Source of the DNA: Macrostomum lignano
Taxonomy: Eukaryota
DNA: 64,000 nt
Direction: 5' to 3'
Assembly: GCA_002269645.1 (NCBI GenBank)
Contig: NIVC01000128.1
Coordinates: 1-64,000 of the forward strand
The notes beneath the pieces were generated by a model. That model did no database searches. It saw nothing but the letters and a program-made list of their open reading frames with translations, and was not told the DNA's origin. Both the position numbers and the translations under genes were made by a program. How positions within the stretch are numbered: position 1 is the stretch's first letter; every line of letters begins with the position of its first letter. Below are positions 38,429 through 54,250 of this stretch, in pieces.

Positions 38429-39074
38429 CCTTTTTTGGCTGAATCATTACATACCGGATATATTTACATACCGGATATAGTGTTGCTCTTGCAAATAGGC
38501 TCACTCAACATATCGGTAGACAAATAGCTTACTCACCTGAGCAGCGTGTCAGTAGGCGAGCGAAGGCAGATTTCGAGTTCGGCCGCGTCTGAATGTCCCG
38601 GATCTCGCTCGGCGAAGGCGGCTCCGGCCTGTCGGGCCCGGCCTTCTTAATATGGGGATTTCGGCCAGCCAATGGGAGTCGGGCCCGGCTAGAGACGGCT
38701 GCTTTCGCAGGGCTGGCTCTGACATTTTCGGCTTAATTACAAGCCGCTTAAAAAAACTTGAGTTTCCAACTCGAGTGGGCCAGCCCGCCTCCTGCAGTTG
38801 ACAGAGTATCCGTTTTTTGTTAAATTCAATTTCCCTTTTTCAACGGCACTAAGATAAAATAATTGAATTTTTTTAGTGACAAAACTGCCGACTTGCGCTG
38901 AAAATTTAGCAACTGCTGTGGACAGCTTTGAGATGCTCGAAGCAGTTGAGATTTGACAGAATTTCATCTGGCTTTTTGCCGGCCAGCTACCCGCCTCCAA
39001 CTCCTTCTGATCCCCGTCTTCCCTTCATCTTCATCTGCTACTTGCATCTCATTGTTTCTCGTCTTCCTCTCTCG

Positions 39075-39850
39075 TTCATCTCCCTCTCTCTGATATCCCC
39101 TTCTCTCATCTCCGCTCTTCTCTTATCTCCCCCTTCTCTCATCTCCCCCTTCTCTCATCTCCCCCTTCTCTCATCTCCGCCCTTCTCTCATCTCCCCCTT
39201 CTCTCATCTCCCCCTTCTCTCATCTCCCCCTTCTCTCATCTCCGCCCTTCTCCCATCTCCGCTCTTCTCTCATCTCCGCCCTTCTCTCATCTCCGCCCTT
39301 CTCTCATCTCCACCCTTCTCTCATCTCCCCCTTCTCTCATCTCCCCCTTCTCTTATCTCCCCTTCTCTATTCTCCCCCTTCTCTCATCTCCCCCTTCTCT
39401 CATCTCCGCCCTTCTCTCATCTCCCCCCTTATCTCATCTCCCCCCTTCTCTCATCTCCAGACCCGTTCTCTCACCTTCCCTCTCTCTCATTTCCCCTCTG
39501 TCATCTCCCTCTCTCATCTCAATCTCTGTCATCTCCCTCTCTCATCTCAATCTCTCTCATCTCCCTCTCTCATCTCAATCTCTCTCATCTCCCTCTCTCA
39601 TCTCAATCTCTCTCATCTCCCTCTCTCATCTCAATCTCTCTCATCTCCCTCTCTCATCTCAATCTCTCTCATCTCCCTCTCTCATCTCAATCTCTGTCAT
39701 CTCCCTCTCTCATCTCAATCTCTGTCATCTCCCTCTCTCATCTCAATCTCTGTCATCTCCCTCTCTCATCTCAATCTCTGTCATCTCCCTCTCTCATCTC
39801 AATCTCTGTCATCTCCCTTTCTCATCTCAATCTCTCTCATCTCCCTCTTC
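39075..39850. repeat. CT-rich minisatellites (TCTCTCATCTCCCC-type, then TCTCTCATCTCAATC-type)
   Basis: Two adjacent pyrimidine-rich degenerate arrays. Confidence 0.9.
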
Positions 39851-40693
39851 CTGACCCTCTATACGTGTTAAGCATCGCACAACCGCAATGCCTGCTTGAA
39901 GATTCTCAGCAATCTGCTGAATTGGCTCCAAATCTGTCCCGGCCAAGAACCCGACTCCCAACCCTTGGGGAGATAAATGATAAATAAAATTCAGCCAGCG
40001 GAAATCCGAACTGCGTCAGAAATTTCGCCTCACCAATTGTTGTCTAGTCACGTTCCAGCTTAGCAGAGAAAAAAGGCGCGTTATGAAACTCGAGCACTCT
40101 GTTTAAACTTCATCAATTTTTCGCCCAGTGGATCGTTTTCCATTGCTGGAAATTTCCACCTTGTGTTGGAGCGCGGGCCCCCATAAACATGTCAACTAAC
40201 CAGGCGTTCTCAATTGTGTATTTGCTTTCTGTTTATTCATAGAGATTTCTCACTGAGCGAGAAGCGACTGGCAGCTCAGTTTCATGCCGCATGACTGGGC
40301 TTGGGGATGCCATGGCCGGGCTGCGACTTAATAAACCGGTCCAGTGGAGCCCAATTTCAAATCACAGAGTATAGCGGGGCCTCGGGGACTGACAAATGAC
40401 TCTCGGGTCTTGGGAATTTCGGGCCATTCGACTCGAACAAAAAATGAGCTGGGGGCGCAGTTATTGCTTTCATTTCTTTCTCTGCTCCGGCCCGAGTGAC
40501 CCACCGAGCTTTTGATTGATAGCGCTGGGGTTCCCTTGTTTCTGTGAGTCTCCTCTGAGCTCGCCTTTGGGTAAGCAATGATAAGCTGCTCGTTGCCCCG
40601 TGTCCTGTTGTGGACGCTGCTGCTATAGTATTCTTGTCCCAAGACTCCCAATCTACTCCAAAACCAGTTGTAGCTGCGGTTTTTCATACCGAC

Positions 40694-41270
40694 CCTGACA
40701 CCCCAGTCTCCGACCCTGACACCCCAGTCTCCGACCCTGACACCCCAGTCTCCGACACTGACACCCCAGTCTCCGACCTGACACCCCAGTCTCCGACACT
40801 GACACCCCAGTCTCCGACCCTGACACCCCAGTCTCCGACCCTTACACCCCAGTCTCCGACCCTGACACCTCATTATCCGATCCTGACACCTCAGTATCCG
40901 ATCCTAACACCCCAGTCTCCGACCTGACACCCCAGTCTCCTGACGCTCCAATCTTCAATACTGACACCCCAGTCTCCGACCCTGACACCCCAGTCTCCGA
41001 CCTGACACCCCAGTCTCCGACACTGACACCCCAGTCTCAGACTCCGACAGTTGCCAGATCTGAATTAGAACCCAATTAGAAATCTGACACCCCAATCCGC
41101 AATCCTGACACCCCAATCCGCAATCCTGACACTCCAATCCGCAATCCTGACACCCCAATCCGCAATCCTGACACCTCAATCCGCAATCCTGACACCCCAA
41201 TCCGAATCCGCAATCCTGACACCCCAATCCGAATCCGCAATCCTGACACCCCAATCCGCAATCCTGACAA
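40694..41270. repeat. Two related 20-21 bp minisatellites (CTGACACCCCAGTCTCCGAC; CTGACACCCCAATCCGCAATC)
   Basis: Arrays at 40694-41040 and 41085-41270 share a CTGACACCCC core. Confidence 0.9.
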
Positions 41271-41967
41271 CCCGGTTAAAATAAAATCGCTTAGAAAATC
41301 CTGAGAGGAAAACAGGCAAGTAGCAGCTGGACAGCAGCCGGACTGCACGCTACTAATAAGTAGTGCAAACCTTAATAAACAGCAGCGGATCGCCAATAGT
41401 AGCTGCATTAACGCGGCGAAAAAGCAGCGCTGACGCATTCAGCTGACTAACAGAAAGCTTTCGCCAGTTCAGTCTTAGGCAGGGTATGCAATTGGCAAAA
41501 CGTTTTGCCGCCGGCTCGATTAGATGAAGCTGCGCTTATTCAGAGACACAAAGTTCTATCGCCACCAATCTGCATTCATGTCTGTCTGCTGAGCTGACAG
41601 GCGGAAAGAAGTGCAATGGCGGCGCATAAAATTGACTAAAAACCGACTGGGAAAATGTAGGAAATACCGCCCACTCCCCACCCCCTGAACGCCTGCAGGT
41701 GAAAGGCTCTGCGGAAAAACTGGCTGCCTCTGCTGCTGCACAGAAGGGGGGGGGGGGCAGAGGCCGTGACACACATTACGCCAAAACGGGACGCGACCGC
41801 GATGAGGGACAGAAGCTGGAGAGAGAGGGGGCGGCCTCCGCCCCTGCCCGAGGCCACCCCAAACCCTGGCAGTGTTGCGCACAAACGCATAAGTCAGATG
41901 GACAGCGAGACTGCAGCAGCTGAGGCACCTGGCTGGAAAAACTGTGTTGTCCATCAAACAGTTAGAG

Positions 41968-46845
<4,878 letters not shown>

Positions 46846-47845
46846 CTGACTGGTCCCTGCTGATTGGCTGAGCGATTTGCATTGACAAGAGCTGTAGCCA
46901 ATCAGAGACGAGCTCTTGTTTTTTTACAATTAACTTTCCGACTTTCAAACTTCAAATAGTGGAATCGAGCTCGGCACGTCGGAGCAGAACAAAGATTTCG
47001 GGTTGTCGGGGTGCCAAAATAGGAGCCCGCCAGTCCGTCACCAGCAGACACTAATCAATGATTGGCATAATTCATTCACACTGCCAGTTTTTTCTCAACT
47101 ATTTATGTTGATAATCCCTCCCTGTTTAATCTCGCAGCCACAAATTGTATCTTATGTAGAAATCAATCGGCCCTTAAAAGCTGTTCTTCAAGTTACTTGA
47201 GTACTTAAATAGCATGCCGTGAAACATCTGCAGTGCTGAATGGTTAAAAACAAACTTCTGCTACTGGGGAACTCAATTCTAATTCAAGCTGGTTTAATTT
47301 TGCGCAATTTTTCATTATTGCCATTTGGGAATCATTTCACCGCAAGGCACCTGCATCCGCAATTTAGAAACTTGGGGAGGCCGGGCATGCGCGGGTCTCA
47401 GTTTCTCTACCCGGGGGGCCTGGGGGCCGGGAGGTTACTCTTTCGGACACACGTGCTCTTCGCCTTTGGCGCTGTGCGCTGAGCCGGGGGCTGAGGCTGG
47501 CTAACGAACGAGAGGCGAACTTGGCCGAGCTAAAATTAGCCGGGCTTGTGCGCGAGCGCAGGACAGGAGAGAGAAAAAATAAAAGGCTGTCTTGCGCTGG
47601 CTGGCTGCGGACCGTGGCGGAGCGCAACTGCTCAAGGAGACCCAGGGCAAAATACCTGGACAGCTGCCAACTGCCCCTCTTAAACCAGCATTTTTAGACA
47701 TAGTTCTGTCTTATTTTAATTTAGAAAAAAATTGTTTGGTCATAATCCGCTGTATGTTGGAGTGATAGAAAATTTCCATGAACTGTAAAAGTTTGTCCAT
47801 CTCTGATAATTACGGAATCCTGGGACTGCTTCTCGGTCACAAAAA

Positions 47846-48150
<305 letters not shown>

Positions 48151-48447
48151 GAACAGACAGATATGGAGTCTGAAAAGCAGAATTGGAACGGGGGAGTTGG
48201 CAACTATCCAGATGTTCATTCAAGATCTCCTTGGCCCGGTGAGCCCTGCTACCTGAACTTTCTGTGTACAGTTAAATAAGATAAAAGCTCGGGCTGGATA
48301 CCTGACGGGGGCGGTCAGACCCAAGTCTACGCAGCAGCTGAGCAGATTCTGCACAGCAACTCAAGGAAAACTGCAACTCTGTTGATGCGAATTCCACGGA
48401 AGGAAGAACGACAGACCTGTTAGAAAACATTCAGTCAGAATTAAGGC

Positions 48448-49551
48448 ATGCCAGGCGATAAATCCAGTAAGTTAGTCAATACAATATATAATCCTAATTT
48501 AGCAGCAATACTGAATTAATGCAGCATTTTCCTGTCCACCCGTTCTGTGCAGGAAGGCAGAGCTTGTCCTGCGCCAACTGCACAGTGATGGAGAAGAAGG
48601 TTGAAGATCTGAACCAGATTCTGCAGAAAAGTACGCAGTTTTAAATCTTATCTCAATGTGGGGGGTGGGGCGAACCTCATCTTAGGTTGGTGAATCTCAA
48701 CTCAGAAGGGTACAGCAACGAATTCAGTGAACTCAGTCAACTAATTTAAGCAATCTGCGTGTGAATTTGCAGCGTTCGAGCAGAACAGCCAGTGCCAGAA
48801 GGAGCATAAAGAACAGGTGAGAGAAATAAAAGTCAATAAGAAAATGTGAGCTGCCATTTTCCTGGGAACATTTAAATTGCTTGTTGTTGAATTATCAATT
48901 CTGCACTACAGATAGACCTGATGAAGCTAGAACTCCAAGTGCTTAAGAAGGAGCTGGAAACCAGGAAACAGGGTAAGTAACCTGAGCACTGCAGTGCCAG
49001 TGAGTTCGTTCTAGAGGCAGAGAAAACACCCTAGCCCTGTTTTGTTGAGTAGCCCGCCAAAAACAAGGATGCTAAATGCCTATTGTTCCTAGTGAGGCTG
49101 GGGCGGAAAACTCGCCTATGCGCTCGTGAGAGAATGCTCAAACTGCCTGCCGATGCACCAAGGGGAGGGGTCCGCGTGTTTACGCGGCTGTTTACTAAAT
49201 TTAGCAGAGCACCCTTCTTCACTCGAAAGATACGCGAGTTGAAGCTGCAAGAATGCAATTTCGAATAATATTTTAATAAAGAATTTGCACCTGGATGAGT
49301 CCAGTTGGGTGAAATGGTTAGCTAAGCTGATTTTTTATATAGCGGGCTATAGAGAGCCATGCGAGCTAGTTGCCAAGCAAGTCATACCAAACTCATGCCA
49401 TCAGTATGTGCAGCCACAGCACCCATATCGTCGCGTACATGCGCTCACTGAGACGCTTCTAAAGACCTTTGCTAGTGACCTTCAGGCCATCCACCTCACC
49501 CCACTCTATTAGTATATCTATCTATTAGTATGTGCTTACTACATGTGTCCT

Positions 49552-49627
<76 letters not shown>

Positions 49628-49666
49628 GCCTGTCTGTCTGTCTGTCTGTCTGTCTGTCTGCCTGCC

Positions 49667-49711
<45 letters not shown>

Positions 49712-49718
49712 GCCTGCC

Positions 49719-49775
<57 letters not shown>

Positions 49776-49786
49776 GCCTGTCTGCC

Positions 49787-49867
<81 letters not shown>

Positions 49868-52686
49868 GAAGATCGACCTCTTCGCCACCTTTTCCACCTA
49901 TCCCCATAGAAACGGAGGTGCAGCGCAACAGAACGGCCGAGCTGGCTCAACAGCTGGAGATCAGCCGCGTCTACCAGAAGGTGGCGGTGAGCACCTGCGA
50001 AGATCTCGCCAAGGAGAAGCGGGCTCTGCGCAGCCGCAGCTGCATGCTGGTCGGCCAGCTGCTGACGCTGCGTGGCGCTCTCGGCGACCCCGACGATGGA
50101 TCCTCCGGCGGTGAGGCAGCCTCCGGATTCCGACCTTCCAGCCGACTGTCGCCGACTGTGATTGACGCCATCGAGGAGCTGATGGGCGACGACGCGGAGC
50201 AAGACGATGACGGCGAGAGTTCGGTGGTGCGTCCACGACGTCCCTCGCTGCCGTCGATTAACCATCTAGATGATGAAATGCTCAACATGGTGCGGAACAG
50301 CATCGCTATAAGGCGCAGTCGGCAGAACCAGGACGGACCAGGCGAAGAAGAGGAGGACGAAGGTGAGGAGGATATCTACACGGTGCCTGACGAGGAAAAT
50401 GTTTTTACGCCGGTGAGCCCACCCGGACCTGAGCCACAGCAGCCGCAGCAGCCACAGCAGCCACAGCAGCCGCAGCAGCCGCAGCAGCCACAGCAGCCGC
50501 AGCAGCCACAGAAGGCGCAGGAGCCTCAAAATCCACAGCAGCCGCAGGAGCTCCAGGAAGAACGGAAGCTGCCACAGCCGCAGGAGCCACAGCAGCCACA
50601 GCAGCCGCAGGAGCCACAGCAGCCACAGCAGCCGCAGGAGCCACAGCAGCCACAGCAGCCGCAGGAGCCACAGCAGCCACAGCAGCCGCAGCAGCCGCAG
50701 CAGCCACAGCAGCCGCAGGGGCCTCAGGAAGAGCGGAAGCCGCCACAGCCGCAGCCGCAGGAGCCACAGCAGCCGCAGGGGCCTCAGGAAGAGCGGAAGC
50801 CGCCACAGCCGCAGCCGCAGGAGCCACAGCAGCCGGAGGGGCCTCAGGAAGAGCGGAAGCCGCCACAGCCGCAGCCGCAGGAGCCACAGCAGCCGCAGGG
50901 GCCTCAGGAAGAGCGAAAGCCGCCACAGCCGCAGCCACGAAAGCCGCCAGTGGCCCTAAAGCCAGTCCAGCCAGGTACTGAAACTGGCCAGCCGAAGCAT
51001 CTGCAGCAAAAACTCAGCCTGGTGCCGGAGACAGAAGAGGAAGAGGAGTATGAGATCGCAGGTGATGCAGATGATGACGAGGAAGAACGTAAAGAAGAAA
51101 CGGAAACTAAGGAAGAAAACGCGGATGATGAATTCGAAGAGAGTGTGAGTCAGGAACACATTTATAGAATCTATTTGTATTCGGTCTGTATACCGTCAGT
51201 ATCATTGGCCAGTGGCACAAACCCCTCTCCTCACCAGTCATTGGCCAGTGGCACAAACCCGTCTCCTTCCCAGTCATTGGCCAGTCGCACAAACCCCTCT
51301 CCTCACCAGTCATTGGCCAGTCGCACAAACCCGTCTCCTTCCCAGTCATTGGCCAGTCGCACAAACCCCTCTCCTCACCAGTCATTGGCCAGTCGCACAA
51401 ACCCGTCTCCTTCCTAGTCATTGGCCAGTCGCACAAACCCCTCTCCTCAACAGTCATTGGCCAGTCGCACAAACCCGTCTCCTTCCCAGTCATTGGCCAG
51501 TCGCACAAACCCCTCTCCTCAACAGTCATTGGCCAGTCGCACAAACCCCTCTCCTTCCCAGTCATTGGCCAGTCGCACAAACCCCTCTCCTCAACAGTCA
51601 TTGGCCAGTCGCACAAACCCCTCTCCTCAACAGTCATTGGCCAGTCGCACAAACCCCTCTCCTTCCCAGTCATTGGCCAGTCGCACAAACCCCTCTCCTT
51701 CCTAGTCATAGTCTAGTAGCACAAACCTATCTCCTCACTCATCACTGACCAGTCACATTGAATTCTATCTGCCAATCCGTCCCGGTCGCAGCTGATCCGC
51801 TCAGGCTCTATCGACGGCATGCTCGAGTTTCTGCGACAGGCTACGCAGACGGCCAACGAGCGGAACTGCGGCTGTGTGAAGCGGCTGAACTGCGCAGTCA
51901 CCGGAATGGTCCAGCTGAAAGACTGTAAGTCAGGCAAAAGGGGCAATAAAGTTGCTCTCATTGAGACATTTCGTTCATCAGAGCACCACCTCTTTTCCGC
52001 AGCTGTGGATGAGCGCAAGCAGCAGCTGATTAAGCTTCAAGAGCAAATCGCCGAGCTCAAGGCCAAAGCCGCCATGCCACCGCCGCCGCCAAGGATTCCG
52101 CCGCCGCCTCCGCCGCCTTCGCCCGTCATCAAAGTACAAAGACTAGTGGAGCTTAAAAAGAAGCAGAAAAAGCGTAAGGGGAGCCGATTAATTGTGCAGT
52201 GCAATCTGAGGAAGTGGGCAGTGCAATCTGAGGAAGTGGGCAGTGCAATCTGAGGAAGTGGGCAGTGCAATCTGAGGAAGTGGGCAGTGCAATCTGAGGA
52301 AGTGGACAGTGCAATCTGAGGAAGTGGGCAGTGCAATCTGAGGAAGTGGGCAGTGCAATCTGAGGAAGTGGGCAGTGCAATCTGAGGAAGTGGGCAGTGC
52401 AACACCCATCCCATCCAATCCATGCTCACCAGAGCTGGCCAAGGACTCCAACATCGATGAGAGCCTCATCGAAGGCCTGAAGACCGAGCTGAAGTCCCGG
52501 CTCAAAGCCGGTCAGGGCCTCCGTCCAGTGACCAACCGAGCGGCCAGACCCGAACCGGCGCCTGCGAAGGCTTCCTCTCAGGCGGACGAGCAGCTGAGGC
52601 TGCGTATGGAGAAAATCAGGCGGCGGCTGTCGCAGCGACAGGCTCCGACCGAGGAGCCAAGGGCAGTGTTCACGGAGATGCTCTAA
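48448..52686 (+). CDS. SHTN1: Shootin-1 homolog, 8 coding exons, ~664 aa
   Basis: Exons 48448-48466, 48553-48630, 48773-48816, 48912-48972, 49910-51144, 51792-51924, 52003-52173 and 52433-52686 are phase-consistent. [29 protein letters not shown] matches shootin LEIEKTCRESAEALATKLNKENKTLKRIS. After a poly-Pro segment, [25 protein letters not shown] matches ...MMDRIKKGVHLRPVNQTARP. Confidence 0.75.
49551..49868. repeat. (TCTG)n microsatellite in shootin intron 4
   Basis: Direct reading. Confidence 0.97.
51200..51712. repeat. 36-bp minisatellite CAGTCATTGGCCAGTCGCACAAACCCCTCTCCTCAC in shootin intron 5
   Basis: About 14 copies. Source of the [13 protein letters not shown] tail. Confidence 0.95.
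52195..52401. repeat. 22-bp minisatellite GCAGTGCAATCTGAGGAAGTGG in shootin intron 7
   Basis: About 9 copies filling most of the intron 52174-52432. Confidence 0.95.
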
Positions 52687-52819
52687 CTGTCTGTGCCAGG
52701 AATGCGGCCCAACAATGCATATAGACTTGGGCCTTATCAATGCCTCACTAACCAAAACTTGCTGCTCGTATAAATACCATCGATGATAAGCACAGTGGCT
52801 TGTGGAGTCACTGCCTCAC

Positions 52820-52942
52820 CTAATCCTGATTGGCTGATTCCGGGACTTCCTCAATCCTGATTGGCTGATTCCTGGCCTCCCCCCTCAATCCTGATTGGCT
52901 GATTGCCGGCCTCCCTCAATCCTGATTGGCTGATTCCTGGCC
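52820..52942. repeat. 4 x ~32-bp unit containing CAATCCTGATTGGCTGATT
   Basis: Tandem degenerate copies about 140 bp downstream of the shootin stop codon. Confidence 0.8.
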
Positions 52943-54250
52943 ACACCGAGTTGAGTTTGGCTGACTCATCTCGTATGCACTTGGCCCCCTACTGGAGCCA
53001 CGGCTCAACAGAAGTTATATTGTTTATTAAAGATGAAAGCGGTAACTCCAGAGTTTATGCACGTTTCCACACTTAAATTCTATTTATTTATTTACCAAAT
53101 CTAATTTTCTACATTCACCATCAGTTTTGTACGCCAGCCATCTGTAAAAATTCTTTTTTCCCTAGAAATCTTCATACCTCGCCGTGGAACATTTGAAAGA
53201 AAACCGAATTCCCCCCCTCGCTCTCTGATTATCTACCAGTGGCTGCTCGCTATAATAATAATTACCATTCGCTCGAATAGAAAAAAAAAATCAAATCGCG
53301 TTTTTCTTCAATTAAACTTTTATTTTTGGCTTAGAAAATATACAAGACTGGGCTAACAGGCAATAAAGTGCTCCTAACTGAGAGCTATTAGCTATGTGAA
53401 AATTGCAGCTTATGTATAAATCAGCTGCAGGGCCCTGGGACAAGCGCTTAACAGAGCTCGTCGCGTCTCTTAGAAACAGAAATGCAGAGAGTCTTTCTCG
53501 CGCACGCTGCCATGATAATTGCAGCAACACCAAATCCTATTTAAATAACAAAACTTGTAGGCAAACTCTACGGGAAGGGTCGAAAGAGCGACGCGTATTC
53601 TACCCATAAATGAATTCTTAAACAATCTATTTTCGAATTGGCGCCAAAACCCGGAAAATTTAAAGCACATGTTTTTTGCTATTCTGGGTTTTATATAATA
53701 CTAGCTAATACTTTCAAAGATGGCATTTAAAAACATCACCTGGATGCTTAAATTTCAATAAGATTATATATTTTTAAATCAAAAAGCATAACGATTACGT
53801 TAGGATTATAGCTGCGGACATTTTATTGGGCTTATGATTAGTTTATTATTCTTATATTACTGTATAAAACTTAATTTATGATACCAATTTTGAAGCAGTT
53901 TTAAAATTTTTGTTATAATTGTAATGTAAGGAAATTAAGAATCTAATAAAATAAAAATGATTATATTATAAGTATGACTTAATAATAATTACTATTATTG
54001 TTATTACTTACAGCCAGTGATTATCCAAAGTAGTGTAATTAGCTAAGTCATACTAATCTGCAGTTCAGTATTGGTTACCCAATCGAAACCTGCTAGAAGT
54101 GCTCTAAATTTATCACACAGGGCACATCGCTCTTTCGCAACCTAATCGTACAATTGCCGTACAAAAGAAACAAACGCTGAAAGAAGAAGACACACCCCTA
54201 TTTGAAATCGCAGACAAACCACAAAAAGCTCACTGTGGCGCAACTATTGG

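Noticed and set aside
52820-52942. NF-Y promoter cluster (4 x CTGATTGGCT)
   Set aside because: It lies 3' of shootin and 3' of the convergent unknown gene, with no gene start nearby; treated as a minisatellite.
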